Of a stretch of DNA of 64,000 nt, positions 1-11,500 are shown one piece after another. The translations under genes and the position numbers were made by a program. Every line of letters starts with the position of its first letter. Within the stretch, counting starts at the first letter, position 1. The stretch comes from Strigamia acuminata. Taxonomy: Eukaryota. The stretch is from NCBI GenBank assembly GCA_949358305.1, contig OX442314.1, forward strand, positions 9,300,001 through 9,364,000, read 5' to 3'. Below the pieces are notes generated by a model. That model was not told the origin of the DNA. It saw only the letters and a list, made by a program, of their open reading frames with translations, and ran no database searches.

Positions 1-1334
1 CTTTCCCGTTGATACGACTCATTTCGATTAGAGTAACCATACGCGTTTTGTTGACGTGTTTCTTTTTTGAAACATGATTCACTTTTCTGGCGGGTTTCGT
101 CCTGACAACGCGACTCATTTCGCTGATTTGAGTCCTCGTATGGACGTGAGTTGTTCTTAAAACGTAATTCACTTCTGTGACGCGACTCATTTCGCGGATC
201 CGAGTTCTCATACGGATTCCCATGTCCAGTCACATGATGATCATCGTGGTGACTTGATTTGCCACAATAACGTGACTCGTTTCGCGAATGTGAGCCCTCT
301 TGTTGACGCTCTTTGTCACGGTAGTGCGACTCATTTCGCAAATTTGAGTTTTCGCGTTGACTTTCTTTGTCACGGTAGTGCGACTCATTTCGCGACTGGA
401 AGTCCTCGTATTGGCAGAAATCGTCTTTGTACGAATGTTCTCGTGACGTAGAAGGACCATGTTCTTCTTTTCTGTGATTATCGTGTCGTCTTTCGTTGTC
501 ACGTTTACTTCTTGAAGAATCATAATCCATTTTTTCTTGACGTTGCTCATCTCTGTCATATCTTGAATGACTCGGTGCACTTCGACTTAAGTGTTTGGAA
601 TCCGAATATTTTCGGTCTGATTCTTCACGATATGCGTATCCAGGTAAAGGACTTGCGCGTTGGTTCTGCCAGTCCTGTTGACTTAAATTGTCTTCATGGT
701 GTGAAGCATCTCTACGACGTGGATCATCAGCGTATGCACTTCCTTGTCCTGTTGAACGATGTTCGTTCCTCGGACTGCTGTACGAATAGTGATATTTCGT
801 TATCAGGGTCGTATTAATGTCTACTACATTTCTGTGATGTAACTCATTCTTGTCTGAATTTCCATATCGAGCAGAACTGTAGTCGTTTCTCCTTTCTGAA
901 TTATCTTTGTTCCGACAATCACGTCCCGACTCATTTCGGTTATCATGACGAATGTCGTATTTCGGTACTTCCTGATCTTGTTGATCGTATCTTCCTCCAT
1001 AGTTCTGTGGTGAAGAATAATGATGCATTTCATTTTGATCTCTTGATTGCCATGTCTTATGGATTGTTGATGTGCCACTCCTAATCTGGCTGGCTTGTAG
1101 TTGGTGGTCAGCCGTCTTGATTGTGTAATCTTGGAAAAATTTTTCTTGATCCCGTTGAACAATCTTAGAATGTTTTCTGTCATCTGTGTTCTTAATGGCA
1201 ATCGGAGACGACATATCTTCTGAGTGGCGTAACAATCCCAAATGTGGTGGCAGACTATATCTTTTCAATCTCAATGATGATTGTTGAACTTCCATCGATG
1301 GTCCTTGTAGTTGTTTCTTATGATGATCAGACAT
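1..1334 (-). CDS. 5' part of the first ORF (probable gag N-terminus) of LTR retrotransposon A; runs off the window edge
   Basis: Hand translation from ATG at 1334 (MSDHHKKQLQGPSMEV...) stays open for about 444 codons to position 1. It is absent from the ORF track because it has no stop in the window. It begins about 240 nt after a PBS and is hydrophilic with repeated RNES motifs. Confidence 0.7.
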   Translation of the reverse strand, partial: MSDHHKKQLQGPSMEVQQSSLRLKRYSLPPHLGLLRHSEDMSSPIAIKNTDDRKHSKIVQRDQEKFFQDYTIKTADHQLQASQIRSGTSTIHKTWQSRDQNEMHHYSSPQNYGGRYDQQDQEVPKYDIRHDNRNESGRDCRNKDNSERRNDYSSARYGNSDKNELHHRNVVDINTTLITKYHYSYSSPRNEHRSTGQGSAYADDPRRRDASHHEDNLSQQDWQNQRASPLPGYAYREESDRKYSDSKHLSRSAPSHSRYDRDEQRQEKMDYDSSRSKRDNERRHDNHRKEEHGPSTSREHSYKDDFCQYEDFQSRNESHYRDKESQRENSNLRNESHYRDKERQQEGSHSRNESRYCGKSSHHDDHHVTGHGNPYENSDPRNESRHRSELRFKNNSRPYEDSNQRNESRCQDETRQKSESCFKKETRQQNAYGYSNRNESYQRE

Positions 1335-1570
1335 GATGTTAATATTAGATAGGATAGTGAAGAAAGAAACAGCTTAAGTTAGAGAAATTACTTCTAAACT
1401 CTGTTATCCTTTCCCCCCTTTTTTGTTTTCAAACAAAAACAAAAATTCCACACCTATTTTTACTACAACTCCAAATAAGAAGTTCCTCAATCCAACTAAC
1501 TCTCACAAAATAATTTTCAAAACAAATTAGGTCCCTCAACTAAATAAAAGTTGTTAAGGTTCAAATTTTA

Positions 1571-1581
1571 ACGGGCCCCCA
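1571..1581 (-). promoter_or_regulatory. Primer-binding site (tRNA-Pro-like) of LTR element A
   Basis: Minus strand reads ...TTACA-CC-TGGGGGCCCGT, one mismatch to the tRNA-Pro PBS TGGGGGCTCGT, directly after the LTR CA end. Confidence 0.65.
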
Positions 1582-1695
1582 GGTGTAATGAGCCTGAATA
1601 CACGGTTTTCACTTAACACACTGCGCATGCGCAGATTCGCTAGCGCCATCTGGTGAGGAATTTTGTAAGCACAGTATTAGGATAACCCTGAGCAC

Positions 1696-2013
1696 ATGGC
1701 TATCAATACTGCATTCGTAATTTTAAAGGATAAAAATTCCAAGTGGACACTCAATTTACTTGGGTGTCCAAAAATTAATAGGGAAGACATCCAGCTTCAT
1801 ATGGCCTGTAAATCAAGAAAAAGGTTCAAGTATTTATTTGATGGGTATATAAATAGTATAAGAATTGTTGACCATCCACTGGAGTCAATTCAAGCTGCAA
1901 TCAAAGCCAAGGTCAAGCCATCCCAAAAACCTGGATGGTATAATGTTTGTGTTGCATTGAATAATAATTCAATCACAAATGGATATTGTGAGTGTCCAGC
2001 AGGGTAAGTGTAT

Positions 2014-2062
<49 letters not shown>

Positions 2063-4074
2063 CTTATTAATTTTTTTTCTGCCCATTAGACTTTCTGGAA
2101 ACTGCCATCATGTTGGGGCACTACTGGAAGTGTATGCCAGGTTCTTATCTGAGAACCTGGTGGAAATTCCTAATGAAAGCTGCACAGATAAACTGTGTAA
2201 TTGGAACAAACCCAGCAATAAAACAGCAAGTGTTGGGGTTCCCATTACAAGTTTGCCCCTAACACGTAACAATATGGTAAAGTACAGAAATTGTATATTT
2301 TTGAAACATTATTTGAAATAAATTTATTTACATTTTTTTTACAGGGCGTTTTATCACAACAAAAGGTTCTAAGACCAATCCCATCTGCCTACGACCCGAG
2401 ATTGGTATCCAATCGCTGTGTCAACCAAGTTGCCCTGCAAGAACTTTTTAAAAGCTTTGAAAAGTCGGTACCAAACTGTCCATTTGTAAAGGACTTTTGT
2501 GAAAATCAATCAGATTATGGTAAACAAATTAAGGATTGTCCTATTGGTCCCATTCCTATGGGAAAAGTACCAAGTTTTGGGGATTGATAATTCAGTTTTT
2601 AATGCAAATAATTTCCTTTTTTTGAAAAATTCAAATTTTTAAAAAGAAAAATTGAATTTTTGTGTAAAAATATTGAATTTTTGTGTAAAAAAATTGAATT
2701 TTTGTGTAAAAAAATTGAATTTTTGTGTAAAAAAATTGAATTTTTGTGTAAAAAAATTGAATTTTTGTGTAAAAAAATTGAATTTTAGCAATATAAATTT
2801 CAAATTTTGTAAAGAAAAATTGAATTTTGGTTAAAAAAAAATCAATTTTAGTACCATAAAATTTAATTTTGGTACGAAAAAAATTTGTATTAATTTATTT
2901 TCTAATTGTTCCCATTCCCGTCCTATCCAGCCCCAAAATAATTGTTTTTTCTCGTCCCTGCATCACATCTTAGCAACTAATCTGTATATATTATTCACAG
3001 ACAATTTGGAAACAACCAATACCAACAATCAAGAGCTGGCGCTAGTAGATGAAGGCAATAGTGAAAACGAGTTGAATAGCGTACAAACAAATGATTTATT
3101 GGATGGTAAGCAAAATTAAATTATTAAATTTCAACTTTAAACAATGTTTGTGTTTTTCAGGACCCACTCCTCTGAGACCAGTTACAGGTAATACAGTGAC
3201 TAACATAATTTCGGAATCATTTCAGCTTGAGATCAGCAAACTGATCATTGACAAATACCCTATTTTGTCTGATGATGAAGTTATGCAAATCGAAAAAGAG
3301 ACCCGGGGACAATCTGATAATCAGGAGTGGTACAAGCATCGTTGCAACAGATTGACTGCTTCCTTTTATGGAAAAATTTCCAAGTGTGCCCGTAGCTGTG
3401 AGAGTATTTTGAAGTCAATACTCTACAAGCCCCCACCAAAAAACATGCCAGCTTTATTATACGGTAGAACAATGGAACCAGTTGCAGTAGCCAGGTATAT
3501 CGACTACCACAAATTAAAAGGTAGCCAAGTGGAAATTTCCGAATGTGGCTTGTTTATACATCCTGACAAGCCATATTTGGCTGCATCACCTGACCGATTA
3601 GTCACTGATCACAGTTCCATACACAAATTTGGTACTGTGGAAATAAAATGTCCATTCACTAAAAAATCACTAACTGTTGTAGAAGCATGTCAAAATAAAT
3701 TATTTTATTGTGAGATGAAAGACAATCAGTTACATTTGAAAAGAAATGATGACTATTATTACCAGGTAAATATAACAGAATATTTATTGCAATTAAATTG
3801 TTACAGTGTTTCATTATTTCAGGTACAAGGGCAATTGGCAGCAACCAAAAGACAGTGGTGCGACTTTGTGGTTTACACAACTGTAGACATTATGGTGGAG
3901 AGGATAATGTTTGATCCTGACTTTTGGGCAAAAACACAACCAAAACTCCTACATTTCTTAAAGTATGCTTTAATGCCAGAACTGGTATTAAAAAGAATAA
4001 AGCAAAGGGGTAAATTATATGATGAACAGTTTTTTTCATATGCAAAGTTAAAAGCATCATGTAAAAAACTGTAA
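1696..4074 (+). CDS. SWIM zinc finger + YqaJ/lambda-exonuclease-like protein of the ISL2EU element (about 543 aa, 6 exons)
   Basis: Exons 1696-2003, 2090-2276, 2345-2519, 3001-3105, 3161-3765 and 3823-4074 join in frame (1632 nt) at GT-AG sites. SWIM motif CECPAG-LSGNCHH; YqaJ motifs RLTAS, PYLAASPD, EIKCP, YYYQVQGQL, WCDFVV. Confidence 0.88.
2650..2830 (+). repeat. 21-bp tandem minisatellite (AAATTGAATTTTTGTGTAAAA) in intron 3 of the YqaJ gene
   Basis: About six near-identical copies plus degenerate ones. Confidence 0.9.
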
Positions 4075-4096
4075 TAAAAAATTGTTTACTTCCTAT

Positions 4097-4378
4097 GACT
4101 ATTATCACCAGGTAAATATAACAATATTTATTGCAGTTAAGTTGTTACTTTCATTATTTCAGGTACAATGACAATTGCTAGCAACCAAAATACAGTGGTG
4201 TGACTTTGTTGTTTACACAACTGTAGACATTAAGGTGGAGAGGATAATGTTTGATCCTGACTTTTGGGCAAAAACACAACCAAAACTCCTACATTTTTTA
4301 AAGTATGCTTCAATGCCAGAACTGGCCTTAAAAATTAAAAATGCAGTATGTATAAAACTGTAATAAAAACTTGTTTAC
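4097..4378 (+). pseudogene. Degenerate tandem duplicate of the last intron and exon of the YqaJ gene
   Basis: Repeats about 3751-4090 (GACTATTAT..CCAGGTAAATATAAC...CTGTAATAAAA) with a stop (CAA TGA), substitutions and an internal deletion. Confidence 0.85.
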
Positions 4379-6399
4379 TTTCTTAATGGTGGTTTGAAAT
4401 TTGTCAAATATGAACAAACACTCACCACCTGATTTGCTGTATCAATTGAGCTCAGTTGCTGTACTGTTGTTAATATTTTATAAGTTTTAATTCGCCTGAT
4501 TGCACGCTCAACTTCAATTCGTTCAGTCGCAATCTGTCTCGTCATGGCAACGTCATCCTCCGGAATTTGCCCTGTCACTTTTTTCATGAATTTAGGGGGT
4601 ATGTTTAACTTAACACCTGCAGGTAAAATATCAGCAATTTCGAAGCCCTTGTCAGCCATGACATTATGTCCAGGGCTTAATAGCTTTAAGAATCCAGATT
4701 CAGCCACTATTTTTCTATCTGAACTGCTACCGCCAAATAAGGGTGAAATGTACACAACACTGCCATTAGGTGTTATTGCTACCAAAAACTTGTACGTATT
4801 CCCATGCTTATAGTTAGAAAAAGTCTCTCGTTGAACAGAGAGTCGTGAAGGTGTTTGAATTTTTATCTCTGAACAATCAATAATAAGAGTAGTGTCGGCA
4901 TAATTTTTAAAATATTCTGGACATTTTGACTTGATAAAAGCAGGATGCTGAATAGGGAAAATCTCAACGAATTCATGGTGGAGAAAAGTTACCCAAGTCG
5001 TGAAAATTCTGTTAACAGTTGTAATGCTAATACCAAAACAACGAGCTAAATCGAGTACTGGTAAAGCTAATTTCAATCGCATAAGGGTAAGAAAGAACAT
5101 TTCTTTAGTACTTAAGTTAAATGACACACGTGATTTTGCCTTTTTATCTCTTACTCGTGTATGCTTACCCTGCCAATAAAACAAATTTTCAGCCTTCTCA
5201 GAGAAGTATTTAAACAATGCTTCAAATGCATCTGCATTAGGTACACCGGTGTAAAAATTAACAAGTACTTTGCTACTTTTTATATTATCAAAAGTTAAAA
5301 TACGAGCAGATAATTTCTTGCTGCTATTTTGTAAATTAAAGACAGCATTTTGAAGCTCTTTAACTTTATGCTCAAGACTTTGCTGGTCAACAATAATTTT
5401 ATCCTTCTCAACTTCGAGTCTCTCGGCACGCAGCTTTTGCTTTTCAGTTTCATCCTTTTGGAGTCTGAGTTCCTCTCTTAATTTATCCAGCTCAGATATT
5501 TCAGCTTCCATGTATTCCTCATGTTGGAGCTCAAGTAAAGTAGCTGCTACTTCGATGTCACCCTCTTTATTGACCTGTGATGTTATTTTCTAAAATAATC
5601 AAACATTAATATTTTTATATAATTTCCAGGAAAGTATTTTGGAGACATTAATGAGTATTCAGCAATTTGAAATGTTTTCATAGAGTATAATACTCCACAA
5701 TTTTATATTTTCATAAATATTTTAAATATGTATTTGTATTTGGTATTTGGAGAATAAAATTTGAACCAAAGTATTTTGTATTTTGTATTTTGAGAATGGT
5801 GTGCTGTCTGGGTATTTAAAATACAAATGTATTTTCACAATGTAGAATATTTGGTATTTTGAACCAAAGTATTTTGACCAACTGTAATATTTGATACAGG
5901 AATAATAAAAATATACATACGTTATGTGTGGATTCTTTTGAAGGTTTTCGGAAACGCTGCCTCCTTAACCTTTCTTCCGCCCGTTGATCTCGGGCACAGA
6001 CAGCTATTTGCTGAAAAAAAAATCACGAGTCAAACTTTCTCACAATAATAAACTAAAACACAATTAAAATAATGCAAACTTACAACTTCTACTCACTTTT
6101 TGTGCAGATATCCATTGAAAACGACTTGGAAAGGCTTCAGACTTCAAATATTTTCGCTTAGAATGCAATAATGGGCGGAAATCACATTCATAAAAATGGT
6201 CAGAGCAGACCTTCGTTCCATTCGTGATTTTAAACTTTTTACCAACATCTCGTCTGATTTTCGCAATCCATTTCTTTCGAAGACCTTCATTTTTAGGCAT
6301 AGAATGCCAGGTCACTTCTTTTGGAGAGTTTTGCGCCGTGTTATAGCAACAAGGAACGCAACAGTTGAAATGAGAGCTACGCTTCTCTTCCGCAGCCAT
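4375..6399 (-). CDS. THAP-domain DDE transposase (DDE_Tnp_4/Harbinger-like), about 535 aa, 3 exons
   Basis: Exons 6399-6097, 6010-5921 and 5589-4375 join in frame (1608 nt). THAP motif CCVPCC...W...VCSDHF...AFP, coiled coil, HTH (DLARCFGISITTVNRIF), catalytic IIDCSE / MADKGF / RIEVER. Confidence 0.9.
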
Positions 6400-7609
6400 G
6401 TTTGTTATCCTAATTTGGAAATTTACGGCGCCGCCACCAGATGTCGCGCGCGCTAAGCGAAAACCGTGTATTACTCCTTAAATTAATAAAGAATAATTCC
6501 AAGCTTATTGATGCTTAGACAAGACTTATCATAAAAAATACTACTAATTCTAACTCAAAATGGTGGGAAAATAAACACAAGTTATTTCTCAAATAAATTC
6601 TAAGATGATTTATTCTTAACTTAAACTATGCTTTAAAGGAAATACAAATAATAGGAATACGTGATAAAATCATACATATTTGACTAAATGATAAAATTAA
6701 ATAAAAAATGAAAGATGAAATAATACAAAATGGCGACGTTCGCGGTGAATTTCACGGCGACGTTACGGCAACGTTACGGCGACGTTACGGCGACGTTACG
6801 GCAACGTTCACAAATCGTTTGCGACGTCCGATCTTCGTTTTCTACTCCCGGCGTTCGTTCCCGACGACACGGACAAATTTCTGACTAATGATGACTCGTA
6901 GCCGGACTCAATTCCGTTCTTGAAGATTTTCTCGATGAAACGGACAAATTTCCGTGCAACTTCTCTCTCGCTTCTCATACGAATCTTCGCGACTCGACTC
7001 TCGAATCTCGGCGACACGGACTAATTCCGACTCGGTGATGAATTCGGACTAATTTCCGTTCTTCCGACGTTCTCTCGCAACTCATCCGTTGCGACTCCAA
7101 CTTGTGGCTAATTCCACACAAATATCCCTTCTCAACAATGTCGTTGAGACAAGATGAAATCTCACAATTGTATTCGTACAATTGCAAGAATGAACTCTAG
7201 CTGGATCCCTCTCAGCAAGAATGTGGCTTCCCGTGTCACTAGTTGTGGTGGCACAAGATGAATCTAGCTGGATTCTTCACAGCAAGATTATGAGTTCCAT
7301 GGTGTTTCCAAATGTCACAAATCTAATGAAGAATTCTGGTATTTCTGGAGTAGATTTGGTGTGACTTGACTTGGTGAACATGAACATAAAACTGAAGAGT
7401 TCTCACTCTTCACAGGATGTATTTCCTGTTTGGAGGCTTGTGGGCTGGTTACCCTGGCAACCACCCACATTTCCTCCCACTCTGCTTAACTTCCTTGTCT
7501 GGGGACAGGAAATATAAAAAACCAAATAAACTAAAATAAAATAATATTTTCAGACTTTATTTCTGATACTTCTTCCACTAGTGACCACTAGGGTCACTAC
7601 AAGCTTTAA

Positions 7610-7958
7610 GGGGCCATCCATAAATGACGTAACGCTGATTTTCGATTTTTAGACCCCCTCCCCCCCCCCTTGTAACAAGGTCGTAACAAATCCACAAACC
7701 CCCCCTAGAGTATTATATTACGTAACAAAACTCACCACCCCCCCCAAAAAAAAAATTGATACAAGCTTATAATACAAAAGTTTTCAAAAATTTTAAAAAT
7801 TTGACAAAAAATTTTCAAAAATTTTTAAAAATGTTAAAAAAAAATTTGTCACGTAACATTTTTAAGAACCCCCCCCCTCCCCGTCGTAACAACCCGTAAC
7901 AAAATTTGAAACCCCCTCCCCCCCCCCTCCAGGCGTTACGTAATTTATGGACGGCCCC
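7610..7958. mobile_element. PIF/Harbinger (Tourist-like) MITE
   Basis: TIRs GGGGCCATCCATAAAT / ATTTATGGACGGCCCC with a TAA duplication on both sides. Confidence 0.85.
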
Positions 7959-8542
7959 TAAGCCACTACGGCTCATTTACGAGTACTTGCAGAATAAAGA
8001 ACAGTTATTTCCTCGATGCCATATTGCTGGTCGTTTCCACTTCTTCTCGGAGAATTTCCTTTGTAAATGTGACTTTACAAAGCTAAAAGTTCAAATTTAC
8101 ATTAACTTTTCAACAATTAAAAGACGTTTAAAGCTCTATTTTTTATCCAGTGCATTCAACTACAAATTTCAGACTATTTATATTGAGCAATTTATTGAAT
8201 ATAAAACTGTGATAACTATAACAATACTTCCAGTTTTGTTTGTTCTTTCGTATTATTTTATTTGTGAGATATTTTTATCAATTTGAATGCAGTTTGCCGT
8301 GCAATCAGCAAATTTTTAAAGGTTTAAAGTTATAATGAATAAAAAGTGACTGCCTGCACTTCCCCCAACAAAAATTTCAACAAGTCTAATTGTTGCAGAG
8401 CACCTGTTTAGCAGAGATTACAATGGCCAAGTCAGTAAATTAAATAAAACAAAGAACCAAATGATTCCTTGATTAAAATTATTGAATGTGCCCATTCTAC
8501 CTGGCACACCACTGCCAAACCCTGACCACTTAATCAGAAGCA

Positions 8543-11500
8543 ATGATTTTACTAACCTTGATGTTGTTAAGCCCCTTTGCTTTAATATGCAATTGCAAAA
8601 ATCTTACTCAACTTTGCTATGATGTCAAACAACACAAAACCTTAGACACACTAACCAGTCTGTACAAAATATCAATATCGAAAACGGTATAGAGTTATTT
8701 CCTTGCTTTTGTTGTTCAATTAGGAATATTTTTTTTTTGCACAAGGTTCGAAATATTCAAAAATATGAATACCCAGTTGAGGTTCATCAGATAACCACAG
8801 ATGACGGATACATTCTCGACGTGCATAGAATCCCACACGGACTCAAGCAAGACCGTAAAGATAATGCTGCTCCAGTTTTAATCCTTCATGGAATAGGCTC
8901 ATCGTCGGCTCCATACACTTTCTTCCCTAACAGCATTGGTAAGTTCCACTATCTAATGAATAGATGTTCATAAAACCGAATTGTTCAGATAATCGAACAT
9001 TAGATTTATACACATATGAAAATAAAAAGTCATTAAAATGTAGTTAGAAAGCATTGAAACTGACCAAAAATGGATAAAAGTTGTCAAAAAACATTAAAAA
9101 CCGATTAAAACTTCTAACGACGTCAAAATATTAATTTTTGTAGCGCCATTTTGTGTTGCGGTGGCCCCGAGTTCTGCAAATATTTTGGGTCCCATTTATT
9201 GGCCCACTAATTTTCTTGAGAATCTCACTACAAAAAATAATATAATTAATTAATTAATTAATTAATTAAATTAATAAAATTAATTTAGTGGGAAATTCAG
9301 TAAGTGGAAAATTTAATATTTATTTAGTGGGAATTTCAGGAAAGTTAGTGAGGTTTTAATTTATCCCCAAATATTTTCAGTGTGTCCTTATAAAAAAATA
9401 TTGTGATTTCAGCTTACAAGCTGGCCAATGAAGGTTATGACATCTGGCTAGGAAATTTACGAAGTAGTTCTGAATATAGTCGTCACGTTAACTATTCGCA
9501 GTTGGACTCCGAATTTTGGAACTTCGGGTACAGTCAAAGAATATTCTTTTTCTGTGTACAAGTAAAGTGTAACTGCTTCATTAGTATGCCTGTTTACAAC
9601 TCATAATTCATAATTCACTATTCATGATGTCACACGTCACATTTCCAGCAGTAGTGGTTTCGACGGGAAACTAAGCACTTTTTGGCCGCCTTCGTGCAAT
9701 CGAATGCCAGTGTTTGACAGATTCCCCGTTCTAAAATAAATAATAATAATAATAATTTATATAAACTTACACCTTTGCAAATCATAACTGCGCATGCTCA
9801 GGTTAAGCAAAAACTTGATTGTATACCGTATATCTTCAAACAGTGCACCCGCGCGCTATTTGAAAAAAAATTATGCCCCGCGAGTTAAAAATCGATTTTT
9901 TAATCAAGCTTTTAGAATCGGATTTTATAAATTTGTAATTGAATGCACCTAATGTTTAAGCTCCGTTAATGTTATTAAAACCAAATTTTACTGTTGCAAC
10001 GACCCAATCAGCTTGCTTTGCACCATGTTTTCCAGCATTACTATTAATGTGAACACTAAATGACTAAAAAAAATTATTTCCATCACAGATTGGACGAAAT
10101 GGCCTTATTTGACACACCAGCAATGATTAACTACATTTTGCTAATCACTAATCAAACTCAACTATCCATCATTTCTCTGTCTATGTCAACAACGACCACA
10201 ACAGCCATGCTTGCTTTCAAACCAGAACTAAATAAAAAGGTGACAACATCATGCCATTCCCTGCTAATTACTAACATAATTAACCAGCACATTTGCAGGT
10301 ATCAAGACATGTTGCTTTAGCACCAACAGTGTATCTTGACCACTTCGTTTCTTTACTTCCAATTCATCTACTAAAAGTAGTGTGTGTGTGAAACCTATCA
10401 GAATAATCTAGCGCATCAATTATTTCCTTCCTTTAAGAAATTGATCGATGTTGTAAAGTTCCAAGACAACTTTCTCTTCGTACTCAACAAATTAGCCTTT
10501 TACCTGGCACCGATTGCATGTTCACCGCTTGGATTCATGCATTTATGCCAAGCGGCTGTATTACTCGTTGTTGGCTATTCCCCAGGAAATTACGGGGTTG
10601 GAAAACATTAGGTGCATTCAATTCTAAATGGTTTTCCCTGTGTGGTGACCACGAGGTCACAAAAGTGTTTTAATAATTTATAACTCAATAAATAATGATT
10701 TTAGTATTCATAATAAAATATTGTCAGATTATTGCGGGAAAACTAGCTATACTAGTTTTACCGTTTCTGCGGGACTGACGTGACAACGTCATGAATTTGC
10801 ATAATTCTCCGAATTTATGCAAATACGTCATTTCCGGTCCAGCCAGTATTTAAACCCGTGTCTGACCGGAAACCCCCACTTTATAGATACCAGAGCAACA
10901 TTAGCATCACCACCTCACCGTCAGGCCGTTTTACCGGATTGATAGAGGACCGATGCCCGTTGCCAATTACATCTATAAATCAGAAGTCACAGATATTATC
11001 GTAGCAATACTACGATTGTAATATCTCCCGAAGCGAAGCGTTTGCGAACACGTGTTTCGCCAGACGCCATTACCCTAGACAACAGTAGAAGCCACGTGTA
11101 AGACTGCCGTGCAGCAACAATCGTATCCGACCAACAAGGATCCGAGACCAACCTTAAGTATTATTACTATTGTATTACAAGTGTGAAATAAAAGGTTTAT
11201 TAGTAAGATATTGTGCGTTAAGTTTATTTACCGGAACAAAGGTTACGACACGTGGGGGTCTGTCCGGGATAGTTTGACTAATCAGACTATTTAAAATAAA
11301 CATATCTTACGGTTTGGAATTTACAAACTATCGAAATGACGAAAAGTAATAAGAACCGAAAACCTCCGACCGCAAGCGCCCGAAAAGCCGCCATGGAAAA
11401 AGCCAAGGCAGCAGCCGAAGCGTTAGCCAGCCCGAAATTAAATACGACGCCGCCGGAACCCGTAGAAAGAAACCGAGTTACCAAGACGCCGAGCCACGTC

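Larger units (their letters stand above)
1600..6469. mobile_element. Complete ISL2EU-type (PIF/Harbinger-ISL2EU group) DNA transposon, 4870 bp
   Basis: TIRs ACACGGTTTTCACTTAAC (1600) and GCTAAGCGAAAACCGTGT (ends 6469), flanked by AT at 1598-1599 and 6470-6471. Two convergent genes, a THAP+DDE transposase and a YqaJ-like nuclease, which is the known ISL2EU gene pair. Confidence 0.9.
1584..7601 (-). mobile_element. 5' LTR (about 1.15 kb net) of LTR retrotransposon A, split by the ISL2EU insertion
   Basis: Minus strand begins TGTAGTGACC (7601) and ends TTACA (1584), followed by the PBS and a long ORF. The start resembles the LTR start of element B (TGTGGTGACC). It contains an 11-bp tandem repeat (GGCGACGTTAC, about 6755-6808). 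The partner LTR lies outside the window. Confidence 0.65.

Noticed and set aside
230..1201. Track ORFs 230-580, 254-451, 512-817 and 824-1201
   Set aside because: They are off-frame or antisense shadows of the longer minus-strand ORF that starts at 1334.
1696..4074. Phage recombinase or bacterial contamination suggested by the YqaJ domain
   Set aside because: The gene has spliceosomal introns and lies inside ISL2EU TIRs, where YqaJ is the expected partner gene.
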